From positions 64,958-128,957 of the IMG/VR virus record IMGVR_UViG_3300037882_002341: a DNA stretch of 64,000 bases. One strand, 5' to 3'. This DNA comes from a virus. Lineage: Duplodnaviria > Heunggongvirae > Uroviricota > Caudoviricetes. This document shows, piece by piece, positions 1 through 11,700 of this stretch; position 1 is the stretch's first letter, and each line of letters begins with the position of its first letter. The notes beneath the pieces were generated by a model, which saw only the letters and a list, made by a program, of their open reading frames with translations, did not search any database and was not told the DNA's origin. A program made the translations under genes and the position numbers.

Positions 1-1101
1 ACATCAATGCAAGATTTCCTACAAACAGAAGGAGAAGTTCGAAGCATTCTTGATGGACCAGAGTTTACACCCAGAAGATTCTCTGGGGTGCGCTCTGGTA
101 CACCAGAACAGCTAGCTGAAGTTAACAAGTTCAGCATACCAGAACAATATGTCGGAGCTGCCTGGGAACATCTTACACATGACATAGTGCCCAACATAGG
201 AAGAACAGTCCCTGTACTGGGTACTATATTTGATCGTAAGCTTATGGGCCAAAGATCTGCTTATGAAAGTTACCTTGAAGACCAGGTCTATGGTACAGAT
301 TTCCATGATTGGAGAAAGCCATATGAGAGTATGGTGGAACCTAGACTGCAGAATCTTGCTGCATCCAACCCCATCACCGCTACAGCCGGTGGTCTTGGGT
401 TAGGCTTGGCATTTGGTGCCACCCCACTGGGCGCCGCTGTTGGAGCAGTAGGAGGACTAACCCTTGGTATAAGCAGCACCGCTAGAATGATTAGCACTGG
501 TCAAGTAAGGGGTGGTTGGAAACCAGACTCTTTTGATCAGCAGAATGAACTTGAATCTTATTTTGATTCACTAGAATACAAAAGAGCAGAAATTAACATG
601 AGACGTTCTGAGGAAATAGGAAGGGAAGATCTTGCAAATAGATTCAAATTCCAGATGGGTAGAACAAGTGTTGGTACAAACTACCAGGCAGACGATATAG
701 CGTTTATGAATGCTGCTAAGTTTAGACTTGGTTCACCTATGAAGAAGTATGCTTGGCAGTTTCTTCAGGCTCCGGAAAGTAGCAGAGCAGCCTTGATGTC
801 GGTGTCTCCAGATATGGCGCAGCCATTACTAAGTAGTGCGTGGTCAAGACAGGGTGATAAAAGATTCCAAAGATACCCATCCAATAATGTCGAACAAAGA
901 TCAGCAGACATTATTGCCAATTACGGTATGCCGCCTTCCGATTGGGCAGGATGGAGTCCTGATATACCAATGAAGTCCATTAAAATAAAAACACTAGATA
1001 GTTATTTTAATGAGGCCTATGATATGCACCGCTACAATCTATGGGAAGCTGACCGTAGAACATTTGATAGGAATAGTCCAGGACTAGCAAGTGCATTCTA
1101 A
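1..1101 (+). CDS. C-terminal part of a tape-measure/ejection-like virion protein (5' truncated by window)
   Basis: Frame is open from base 1 (ACA TCA ATG). It has a Gly/Ala-rich hydrophobic stretch (TAGGLGLGLAFGATPLGAAVGAVGGLTLG) and lies upstream of the hub/baseplate genes. Confidence 0.5.
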   Translation, partial: TSMQDFLQTEGEVRSILDGPEFTPRRFSGVRSGTPEQLAEVNKFSIPEQYVGAAWEHLTHDIVPNIGRTVPVLGTIFDRKLMGQRSAYESYLEDQVYGTDFHDWRKPYESMVEPRLQNLAASNPITATAGGLGLGLAFGATPLGAAVGAVGGLTLGISSTARMISTGQVRGGWKPDSFDQQNELESYFDSLEYKRAEINMRRSEEIGREDLANRFKFQMGRTSVGTNYQADDIAFMNAAKFRLGSPMKKYAWQFLQAPESSRAALMSVSPDMAQPLLSSAWSRQGDKRFQRYPSNNVEQRSADIIANYGMPPSDWAGWSPDIPMKSIKIKTLDSYFNEAYDMHRYNLWEADRRTFDRNSPGLASAF

Positions 1102-4100
1102 TGATACATAGCGCACAAGAATACCTAAGACAGTTCCAGGCAGGCAACGTCCCCAGGGCAATGTCTGGCTTAGCTAGTTCGTTGGTATCAATGCACATGG
1201 GAGAAATCCAGCTAAGAACCGGTTCATCCTTTGGGATAGGTTTTGGCAGAGGCAATCCCTGGGCAGATCTTCCCACCCCCATGGCTGGGAGAATGGTCAG
1301 ATTTGGTACTCAGCCACAAGTCTTTATGGGTGGCCTTGTCAATCTTGCGACAAAGCCAGAAGAGAATCTTAGGTTCTCACCTATGGATCCCTGGGGTAAT
1401 CTCCAGGATATAGTTACCTCAACTCTCGGTAAAGGAGTTGACTCTAGTAGAGTTGGACTTAGTCTTCGTCCTCAGCTTGGGCTCTGGGCAGCTCGTCACC
1501 TGCAGGATCTTAATGCCTCTGGAGGAGGCATTAATATAGGAATGGTGCCTACGGCATCAAGACGTAGAAAACTCTTCTTCAATGATAGTGGATTCAGAGC
1601 AAGAGCCCTAGCGGACGCCAGTAGGAATTTCATGAATGCCGTTCTTGGCAATCATGAGAATACACACAGAAACTATTTAACAGACTCGCTTAATACATAC
1701 AGAAGATTCTACCTGGATGAGGTCTCTAAAGTACTACGTCAGGTATCTCCCGATTCGGGTGCTCATCTTAATATCCATGGTATTAAGGATGCCTCGTTCC
1801 AGCTCATAAGAAGATTCCAGGGTGGTAACTGGATTCAAGATACTGAGATGTTGGTTAACACGGGTAGCCCACATCAATATCGTCCCTTTGGCAATATAAG
1901 TGATCAGGTATCCGGTGACCAGCATATAAATCAATTTATAGCCATCTCATCTAATAAAGGCATTAAAGGCAGAAGACACTTCAGTGAGGGCAAATTCCAC
2001 CCACTTGTCACTGGCTCATCATATGGTGACGATCTTACCTTAATGGCCAAGGGTCTGGGCAAAAAGATGGGGACCTTTGGTACCCAGGTAAGCGCGGATG
2101 TCGGATATCTATATGGAGGAATGGCGGAACTATTCGCATCCAGAGCTTTCGGAGATTCAGGATCTCTTATAACAAGTACCAGGATGATGCATGCCTCTGG
2201 CTTATCCAGTCTTGATTACAAACTAAAGGTCTCTGGTCCCGTGGGTATGTTTGGTCTACCCTCACCAACTACCACTCTTGATCCTACTGTTATGTCGCTA
2301 CCTGGGGTAAGTGACTTCCTTGCTTCTAATGAGCAAAGGTATCTACAGTTTGATAATCCAATGGATATCAACAGAAGGATATTGGCCACATACAAGAGTG
2401 GTAAAAAGATAACGGCTATCAATAAGGCAGACAAGATCCTTGGTATTCAAAAGACAGCCGAGGGCATTAGACTTCTAATGCAAAGAGATAGGCCTGTTCA
2501 TAAGACTGGAAGACCAGTATTAATAGGGGGTGTTAGAGCGACTCTTGGTGTTGGCCCAGGAATGGGTATTGATATTCTTACGCAAGGAATGAAGTCATCC
2601 GACCCCGCAGTTGTCCGTGAACGATGGGCTGCCCATTACGCATCAAAGGTATTCGGGCTACGTGGGTTGAGTAGAAACCAGAGATCACAGGCTCTCCTGG
2701 AATTTGGTTCCTTCTCCGGTCTTGGTTCTGGAACCTACGGTAAAGGCAGAATATATCTCCATACAAATTCAAATTGGATGCAGGGAAGCTTTGCAAATCC
2801 AACTGAGTTTATGTCCCATGGCTTTAGAGAAAAGCTAGCTACCCATCTAAACACTAAACTTGGTCTAACTGGAGGTACTAGTTTTACAGCAGATCTTCTT
2901 TCACCTGTCAGCAGAAAACTAGGTAGAAGAAAGCTCATTAACATTCTCATGCATGGCGGCAGAATGAGTGAGGCCTCAGCCTCATCCGCTTATTCTTCTA
3001 TCAGAACCCAGGCTAGAAAGAGAGCAATTAAGGAAGCCACTTCACAAGGTCTAACGGGGAAGGATCTGAGGGACTATGTCAATAACTCTGTTTCACTCTC
3101 TTACCAGATCATGGAAGGACAAGGAGTTAAGTTCCGTGCAACCAACGTTGATGCCGAGAAGTTCCGTGTCAGAGTACTCGAGGCCAAGACCCTAAGATCT
3201 AAGCTTATTGATTACTCTGGAGCAGGAGATGACTTTGCCAAGAAAGCTGCCGGCATCATAGGTGGCAACATAGAAGATATACAGAGATACGTTAAGTTCG
3301 CACAGGGGGCCCAGGTTGCTCCTCTTATGGGAACTGAGGCCGTAGAACTTATTGCAAGAGAATCAAAGGGCAAGATCAATATCCTTAAGCTATCTGATAT
3401 AGCTAACCAAGGTTTATTCGATGAGATAAATACCAGTCTGCAGAACACAGGGAGTATGTCTCCAGAACTAGCAGACAGGCTATACAAAAACTTCGGCATG
3501 GAGAAAGGAACCTTCGGATCCTTTATTGATCTCAGGGGTAGTCATCTCCAGGGTATGGAAATATTCTCTGGCGCCAGGGATCTTTCTTCTAAGGATGCTG
3601 CCACAGCTGCCTCAGACTTCCTATTCTTACACAACATAAGGAGAGTCGCACCCGGTATAGATAAGAGCTCAACCACCGGCAACATTGCCGACATGTCAAT
3701 CATACCAAGAAGACCTGTCGTAGCAGGACTGGATCCACACAAGAATAAAGCTCTGGGTTCCATAGCCAATACATTCAATGTTTACTTTGATCTCTTAAAT
3801 CCATACGCCGGTAGAGGCGCCATGGAAGAGCGCATGTGGCTTATGAATGCTTCTGTCAGAGAGATGATGACAGGAAGCAAAGGATTAATATCACACAAGG
3901 CAATGACAGGATTCGTTGGAGGTCGCTATACAGCACAGGCACTTGGAACAGTAACAGATGACCTTGCCGTTGGCCTAACCGAGAAGGGTATTAAGAGAGC
4001 ATTCGGTAGAAAACAAGGCAGCCTTGGTCAACAAATGATTGATCAATTGAGGACCGGTAAGGATGTATTTGCTTTCTACAAGAGAGATCCTGTTCAATCT

Positions 4101-5765
4101 GCGCAGCAGATTGTGCCCGTTCGTCTACATCTTATTGAGAAACAAAAGATGGAAGCAGAAACCATGTGGGTTTCTAGACTCCTAGCTGGTGTTTCCCAGG
4201 CAGACTTTGACTCTGACAAGATGAACCTCTTCCTAATGTCACAGGGGAAGAATGCCGCTGGCCAACACACTATGCCATTCCTAGAGCAACAGACACTTGT
4301 CCGTGGCATGTATGAACAAACTCTGGAACAAGCCAAGCCATTTGCAAGCATGCTTGATCAGCAAATGTTAGCCGGAGATGAGACCGCCCGAAGACTAATG
4401 AGGCTTGCCGGTGGCTCACCTTTAACCGCAATAGGGATAGCTCAAAGCATGGCTGGTGGCAGTGAACCAGGTTCTAAGTGGGATGATGTTGTAAGACCAC
4501 TTGAGGCTACAAGGAAGACTTTGTTGAGTATAGGATATAAAGAGAGTGAAATAGACACTGCTCTAATGTCAGCCTACGGAGGATTCCAGCGCCGGATCCA
4601 AGGAGGGGGCGGGGTAGGTACAATGCACTCCTTTGCGACCAGGCAACAGGCTGTCCTAAATGCGCTAACCGATGACTCCACAAACCCCTTCTCTATGCCA
4701 AGAGACAAGATATTATCCAAAGCAAGGGAACTTGGTATTGATAATTTAACAGCATCCAAGAACGCAGACTATATTCGTTTCATCTATGGGTTCCTAAAGA
4801 AGGGAACCAAAGCCACAGAAGCTACTCTCAGAAGCATCTCTGCTCTTAGCATAGCCCCTCAACTATCTCCGGATAGCCAGGCGTACAGGTTATTAACAAC
4901 AGAACTGGCCAGCAATATTAAAGAGATGAGCTCTGGTGTGTCTGGTTCTAAGCGTGCTTTCTATACATTCGCTGAACAGGGTGCTCTTCAAGCAGCCAAG
5001 AATGCGGCTGGCCTTGGCCTAAGTGAAATTGAGGACGATCGTTTCTACCAGGACATGGCTCATAAGCTTATGAACGTGTCCAGACTAGAGCGCTATGCAA
5101 GTAAGCACGGATTGAATGCGGCCTCCAGGATGGGCACAACAAGAAATCCAAAGGACTTCTTGCATCAACTATTCTCTGAGTTCATGGGTAACGCGGGTGA
5201 GTCTGTGTTGCCAGGTACATCTAGTGCCGGTTCTGTCCTTAATGCTTCTATGATGGAGAAGGGCTACGTTGCTGGTTCTATAAACCCCGGCAATATCAAC
5301 CAAACCATAGCAGATGCCGCACATGGAGTAGGTCAATCAATAGATAAAGCAACGGACCTTGCCGGGGACTTTGGTAAGACCAAGGCGTGGGGCGCGATGA
5401 AGTTGGCTGGTCTAACCATAGGAGCTTTTGCTCTTATTGATGCCATTACATCAAAGAATAAAGCTACACCACCCGCTCCATATATTGAATCAGGAAGCTC
5501 TCAGTCCCCTATGCCACCCTCGCCACAAGTGGCATTTCCTAGTGATGGAGCAAGACCAAGCGCTCTTGCGCCAAGAGTTAATACGGCTAGAATAAATAGA
5601 GTACAGGGTCAGCGTCGTCATTTTGGCGGCGAGGATCAGGTATTTATGCCAGCCCCATATGATGTAATGGATGGATTTAGGAGTCAATCTCTTGGTGGAT
5701 CCAGACTAGGAGACCTCCCTAATCTTATGCCAACACTTGGATCAGCAGAAGACAGTGAGTTTTAA
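1101..5765 (+). CDS. Putative single-subunit two-barrel (DPBB) RNA polymerase, probably virion-associated
   Basis: beta'-like barrel: GGRYTAQ...GLTEKGIKRAF, FYKRDP (R995), MWVSRLLAGVSQADFDSDKMNLFL (D1035/D1037/D1039, nt 4203-4217). beta-like barrel: AFGDSGSLITSTR (D352) and IRLLMQRDRPVHKTGRPVLIGGVRATL...IDIL. Confidence 0.8.
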   Translation: MIHSAQEYLRQFQAGNVPRAMSGLASSLVSMHMGEIQLRTGSSFGIGFGRGNPWADLPTPMAGRMVRFGTQPQVFMGGLVNLATKPEENLRFSPMDPWGNLQDIVTSTLGKGVDSSRVGLSLRPQLGLWAARHLQDLNASGGGINIGMVPTASRRRKLFFNDSGFRARALADASRNFMNAVLGNHENTHRNYLTDSLNTYRRFYLDEVSKVLRQVSPDSGAHLNIHGIKDASFQLIRRFQGGNWIQDTEMLVNTGSPHQYRPFGNISDQVSGDQHINQFIAISSNKGIKGRRHFSEGKFHPLVTGSSYGDDLTLMAKGLGKKMGTFGTQVSADVGYLYGGMAELFASRAFGDSGSLITSTRMMHASGLSSLDYKLKVSGPVGMFGLPSPTTTLDPTVMSLPGVSDFLASNEQRYLQFDNPMDINRRILATYKSGKKITAINKADKILGIQKTAEGIRLLMQRDRPVHKTGRPVLIGGVRATLGVGPGMGIDILTQGMKSSDPAVVRERWAAHYASKVFGLRGLSRNQRSQALLEFGSFSGLGSGTYGKGRIYLHTNSNWMQGSFANPTEFMSHGFREKLATHLNTKLGLTGGTSFTADLLSPVSRKLGRRKLINILMHGGRMSEASASSAYSSIRTQARKRAIKEATSQGLTGKDLRDYVNNSVSLSYQIMEGQGVKFRATNVDAEKFRVRVLEAKTLRSKLIDYSGAGDDFAKKAAGIIGGNIEDIQRYVKFAQGAQVAPLMGTEAVELIARESKGKINILKLSDIANQGLFDEINTSLQNTGSMSPELADRLYKNFGMEKGTFGSFIDLRGSHLQGMEIFSGARDLSSKDAATAASDFLFLHNIRRVAPGIDKSSTTGNIADMSIIPRRPVVAGLDPHKNKALGSIANTFNVYFDLLNPYAGRGAMEERMWLMNASVREMMTGSKGLISHKAMTGFVGGRYTAQALGTVTDDLAVGLTEKGIKRAFGRKQGSLGQQMIDQLRTGKDVFAFYKRDPVQSAQQIVPVRLHLIEKQKMEAETMWVSRLLAGVSQADFDSDKMNLFLMSQGKNAAGQHTMPFLEQQTLVRGMYEQTLEQAKPFASMLDQQMLAGDETARRLMRLAGGSPLTAIGIAQSMAGGSEPGSKWDDVVRPLEATRKTLLSIGYKESEIDTALMSAYGGFQRRIQGGGGVGTMHSFATRQQAVLNALTDDSTNPFSMPRDKILSKARELGIDNLTASKNADYIRFIYGFLKKGTKATEATLRSISALSIAPQLSPDSQAYRLLTTELASNIKEMSSGVSGSKRAFYTFAEQGALQAAKNAAGLGLSEIEDDRFYQDMAHKLMNVSRLERYASKHGLNAASRMGTTRNPKDFLHQLFSEFMGNAGESVLPGTSSAGSVLNASMMEKGYVAGSINPGNINQTIADAAHGVGQSIDKATDLAGDFGKTKAWGAMKLAGLTIGAFALIDAITSKNKATPPAPYIESGSSQSPMPPSPQVAFPSDGARPSALAPRVNTARINRVQGQRRHFGGEDQVFMPAPYDVMDGFRSQSLGGSRLGDLPNLMPTLGSAEDSEF

Positions 5766-8700
5766 TGCCACAAAAAGACGCTCTAACATTACTCAAGAAA
5801 CTTAAGGTACCTACTTTTCTTGATCCTCCCGCTTCTCCAACGAAGTTTGTAGATAGCTTTGCAGACTTCTTTGTGTCTATTGAATATACTGATAGTGAGT
5901 ATTCTTCTTTTGTTACTACTCTTCTGCAATCGGTGAATGATGCAGACGTTTCGGAATACCCGACAGATGAGGAAAAGGAAGACGCCTTAGAGGGGATAAG
6001 CGACTCTCTACACGACATGTTGATCACTCTACAAGAGAAGAGAAGCAGAAAGAATCGCTTCTTCAATCTCCCATCTCGTAGAGATATCATAAAAGAAGCC
6101 AGTGTTAGTCAAAGGTCAACAGACATAGCTGTGGACGAATCGTTAGAGAGACGATTCAAAGATGCCCACACTATGATAGGCCCAATAGCTCTTGACCCAG
6201 AGATACCTGTTGTTGAGGTTGAGATAACAGAAAACTACTCAGCACAGACAACGCGTACTCTGAGAAGTAATACCGATCCGGTATTCAAATCTCACAAGAG
6301 CGATATCATGATGGCTATCACTATTGAGGTGCCATCTAATAGAATTAACGACAGAGGACCTGGCAAACCAGGTTTGTTGACCCTACTCGCCACACTCAAG
6401 GCCTTCCCTGTGTGTGAGATTGTTAGCTCTGCTATTACTCCTGTCTTCCTTAATTCTATTCTTGCGCCAGAACTATTCGAGAATCTACGTCAACAAGTTG
6501 CAGAAGAGATAAAGCTCAAGACAGGAGCAAGTCAGAAAAGACAATCTGAGCAGATCCAAACACTAAAGAGCGATAGCTTCGGAACCAACCTAGATAACTT
6601 TAAAAAGTTTATAGGCAATCTAAATCCCGTTATTGATTACATGATCCGAGACGAGGAAAACTCTAAAGAGAACCTGGAGAAACAGGACCCGGTATTTTCT
6701 TCTGTATCAAAACTTAGGAATGTAAAAGGATCGCTAACCGTACCCTGCGCCTACACAGGATGTATAGTCAAGACATCTCCCGGTAAGACAAACCAGCTTT
6801 CTGTAAAACTATTCTTTAGAAGATTTAACGATAAGATCTGGAACCCCTACGGCAAGATTATCTATCGAGATGTCAATGGTAAACCAACACCCAACGTAAC
6901 AGAGTGTCCGTGGATTGAGCGCATAGCGCTCATGATGTTTACCAATAACGTAGATAATCCAACCAACTTCATGGAGCCATATAGACACAGACTATCGGAA
7001 GAAGAGTCTGGAATGACTTTCGAGTGGGTGCAACCCACACAAGAAAGCAACTCCAAGTTTACCCCGCATGGTAAAGACTGGGTTATACAAGATATAGAAG
7101 CCCGCTCTTTCATGAAGACAGCACAGCTTCCTCTCCTTGGTTCACCTTATCCCACTGTTCAATACATGGGTATTGACAATGTGCACGCTAGAGTTTCTGT
7201 TGTTGTTAAGAGTGGTGTTGAGCTTGCACGCTTTCATGAAATGAAAGCGTCTCTCGATAGACTGAACTATGAAGCAGGACCCAATTCATTAAGACATCAC
7301 TACGTTAGAATAAAAAACAATCTCTTAAACTTCCTGGGCGCCAGAGACTTCGTCATCACCGGTATCACAACACATAGACAATCAGAAGAAGAAGTCTGGA
7401 ACGTTGAGTTTGAATTACTGGAGTCAAGTGTTTCGGCCAATGAGGCGGAAGCTATTGTTATTAAGGATAATGCATTTAAAGAAAAGGCAGATATCAAAAA
7501 GATTTGGGACCATATCTTTAACCTTCTTTCCGAACAGACTACATTCCCATGGGAAGCTGTGTCTAACCAGGAGAAAGAAGATCTCACCTCTCCCACCTCA
7601 GCCTTTGTGTCAAGATTCTTTACAGGTTATAAGGACTTCCCCAAAGACGCCAACAACATCAAGCCATATGAACTAGACTCAGAAGCTCAGATGGCATGGA
7701 GACTTGTATTTGAGAGAGCGGGAGACAGAGGATCAGGATCTATCCTGCAGCCCAATATCATGGCTGCCGCTTGGTATTCGTTGGCAATGAAGTCCAGAGC
7801 AAAGGAAGATAGTAAGAGTGGATTCTTCCCGTGGAACACGGGGTTCAGAAATGAACCTCGCATAGCGGCTGTGATGGAAGGTAGACAGTTCGAGCAATCA
7901 ACCTCAGATAATCTATTGTCTTTATTCAGCTCTGGTAGACAGACAGACATTAATAGAGGCGACAAGGGTTTCTTTACCAGCTGGGCCATGGTTGCCAATG
8001 CTGGTATGGGTCATAGAACCGAACACTTCTTTATCACCGGTAAGTATAATCCCGCAAGTATCTTTGAATTCTCTCCACTTTCAGGAGCTCCAGGAAACAG
8101 GATAAGAGAAACATCAGAAGATCAGATATATGAAACCTGGCCCAATCTTACTAACGCAGAGCGCAGAGCGCAGAAACAGGCTGCTGACTGGTTAAGTAAA
8201 GGTCAATATGACTCAGACTCAGATACCTTTGCAGAAACTCTGGATTGGTTTGGAAACGAATCCCAGTTCAACATATTTGAGCAAGGTAAAGAACTTCTCG
8301 AGTGGATGGCCATGGGAGAAGGAAGACACACAGTATTCTTCAGCAAAGAATTCTGGGACGAATACTTTAATATACTCTTCGAACAAAAAGTAAGACCTGA
8401 CGCAGACCAGAACCCAGCGTGGAATAACACCGACATTGTTGACGCAAGATGGAAGTTAACCTCACTTCTAAGAGAAGGAGGCTATTTAGATTTCCCAAGC
8501 CTTACCAGAACACAGAAATTAGATACACTTCAGGAAGAATCAAGATTCGTAAGAACCAACCTAGACGACAGCGATATAGACAAGAGGGAACAGACTAGGG
8601 GTAAATACGAAGCGTATAGATCTAATTACGCAGACATGAGATTGCCATCCTATGGCAAGGTCTTCAGAAATGACAAGACCAATGAACTTCTTACCAATAG

Positions 8701-11700
8701 TGATGGTAAGTTAACATGGAGAGAGTTTGCCCCAACCTTCTCGGATCTTGGTATCAAGCCCGCTTATCATAGACAGGTAGTCTTTGAAAGCACAGAGCAG
8801 GCTATTAATAAAATTGCGCGCAAAGAGAATGATCCAATTGAGCCTGACGCAGTGTATTTCCACTTTAGGCTTAAGGGTCAGTCACTGGCCAAACACTTGG
8901 CAAGTGAAGAGAATATCAACAATCACCTAACTGAAATCAATAAGCCAAGAAAAATTGTTGTGCCCAATAAAACAGCCAGGGGTGGTTCATTTACTGTTGA
9001 TCAGTATCTAAAGGAGGTGTGGAAGGTCCCCAATGAAAGATACCTGATGGAGGCCTTTGATAAACAAACGGATCATGATTCTCTTAGAGCACTGCAGTCT
9101 GATGGTAAGATTAAATCTATAGTTGTCATTGACGAAGAGGGTAATCCCCTGGGAAATGTTCTGGCAGACTCTCAGTCAAAATCTGGCATTAGATTTAATC
9201 CCATGAAAGGTATTAAGTTCCAGGTCTTCTCTGGAGACGCTTCTACCCCTGTAGACCCATACTCTTCTGAGCAGATAACAGCAGCAGCAAAAGATATCAT
9301 TATCAGATCAGAAGACAGGACCGGGAGTATGTCTAGAATATTCCCGGCGTATAGGCTTTACTTTATTGAGCAAGATCGTGGTTACAGATTCCTTGCCGAT
9401 GATCTATATGGTGTGAACTGTCTCATAAGCGTTTCAATCCGTAAGGATAAGAATGATGCCGATGTGATGGTCGCAACACTCTCAAACACAACAGACAACC
9501 TTTCCAATGAGCTAGTGCTATCTTCACAACAAGCAGACTCTCTTGGCCTAAGTGCAGATGATCAGGGAGAACCATACTTCTCATCTCTTAAGCTTCAGTC
9601 TGGTATTAATGTGCAGCTTAGACTTGGATATGGATCTAATCCAGATGAGTTACCCATTGTCTTCACTGGTATGATTACTGAAATTGAACCCGGTAAGATA
9701 GTCGAGATAACAGCACAAGGACACAAGAGAGAGTTGTTAAACGAAGTTCAATTCGACATGGAGTCTATTAATCACTTTGACATTATAAGGAAGATACTCG
9801 AGAAGACAGAACACCCCAATCTCGGGGAAGCAATGACAGCCAGTCGCTACTCAAGCGGTGCTCTTGCTACAAGATTCGCGGAGGGTCAGAATCCAAATGA
9901 CTTTATTGGCCTAACCGATACATGGTACAACAAGAAGGTTGTTGACATGTCAAACATATATCTAGTTTCCAATGCCCCATTGGAAACTAGCAGGAAGGTA
10001 TATTTCGACAAAGATAAGCCGATAGTGTCTACTGATCCACGCGTTAACTTTAATTCCGTAGGTGTGGTAGCTGAGAGGATTTATGACTTCTTTGATCCCG
10101 CAAGAAAAGCCATCTCAGAGATACGACCAGATCACTACTGGATAGAGACAGCGTATAGCAATGGTAAGTGGGCTAAGTGGGTTATACCTCCTCAGAGCGC
10201 GTGGGATGCTATTCAGGAGATCACGAGACATAGGCCCGGCACAATAGCCCAAGTCGTGCCATACGACTCGAGAGGTACTTTGTTCGTGGGCCAGCCAGAA
10301 CAGGCCTATCAGGCAACAGATCCTAACCACGCAGAGCTTCTAACATACTCTATGTTGCAGGGGTCTATAGGTAAAAAGATAAATATAGATTTTGGTAATG
10401 ATGTCATTAGGCCCTTTATGGACAGTATATGGGGCAAGATGTATCTTACCCACTACAAGGGTAATAGTTTAAACTTTACCGGCCTTGCCCCTCGTATAGG
10501 CACCACGGCACTGGCTCAGCCAATAGACCCCAGGTCTTTGCTTAGACCTTTGAGTGAGCTGTATACAGACAGCACTATTTTCATTAGACCAACAGACATT
10601 ATGGAGTTGGACGAGCTCCCAGATTCAGACGACAAGAGCAGGATAAACGAATATCTATATTCAAATAGCTCACTTCAACTTCATGACAAAGATGATTTTA
10701 CTAAAGAAGCAGAAGAGGCAATTCGTAAAGCCCTTGGAGAAGAACTACCTCCGGGTTTCAACATCCCTGGAATGTGGTGGATATACGCCGACGATCTCAC
10801 CACACAAGTAAGAGAGCTGAACCGCATAGAACCTAGACTGGTCGAATCCCTGTTTATGTGGTATTACGATCTCGACCCCTCTGCTACCGCACTACAGATA
10901 CCAAACATAAATAACTCCATTAAACCATTATTCTTCTCTTCAGATAGTATGGGTAATTTTATAGAAGAGCTCTTAAAGAACACAGGTACGGAACTTTCCG
11001 CTAACTATAAGAGATTAAAGAATGGGTCTGCTTCTCTTAATGCTGTTCAGTTAAGGACAGGGGGAGAGGAAGATCAAATCAACTTCCTTATAACACAAAG
11101 TCTTATCACCGAAGAAGAGGCAAACGCATTAAGGAAAAGACTATTCTCTGGCCAGAATAACCCCATGACCAGACAACAGCTTCACGACCCTGTTCTTGAT
11201 ATCATAGATAGTGCCGATGACGATCTTACACTAGCTCATCTGCTTGCAAAGACAGGTGGTGGATTCAGGCTATTCATTTTCAATGTGTATAGGTTTATGG
11301 TTCAGTCGGCTTTCTCTGGCTCTAACCTTAAGATCAACGAGGCTATAGTAAGAAACTCTGCATCCAAAGTACACTCCGTTGATCTACCACCGGGCAAGAA
11401 AATCTTCCGTGGCTATCACTACATAGGGATGGCAGATATTATTGAGAACAACATAGAAGCATCCATGGAAGAAATGTCGAACTGTTGCCTGGTTCGTGCG
11501 CCAGCCTCAGAGGTTGCCTACGAGGTAATTGAATCTGACGTAGAAGATGACAATGGAGATAACGAAAAGGATATCGTTGTTGAATTCGAAGAGACAGACT
11601 GGAGATCCTACCCAACAACAGACGGTGCTCCCTATACATGGAAGATAGGAAAAGAGAATCGTAAGCTAGGTGTTGTCTATGAGTTAAACGCCATCCACCC

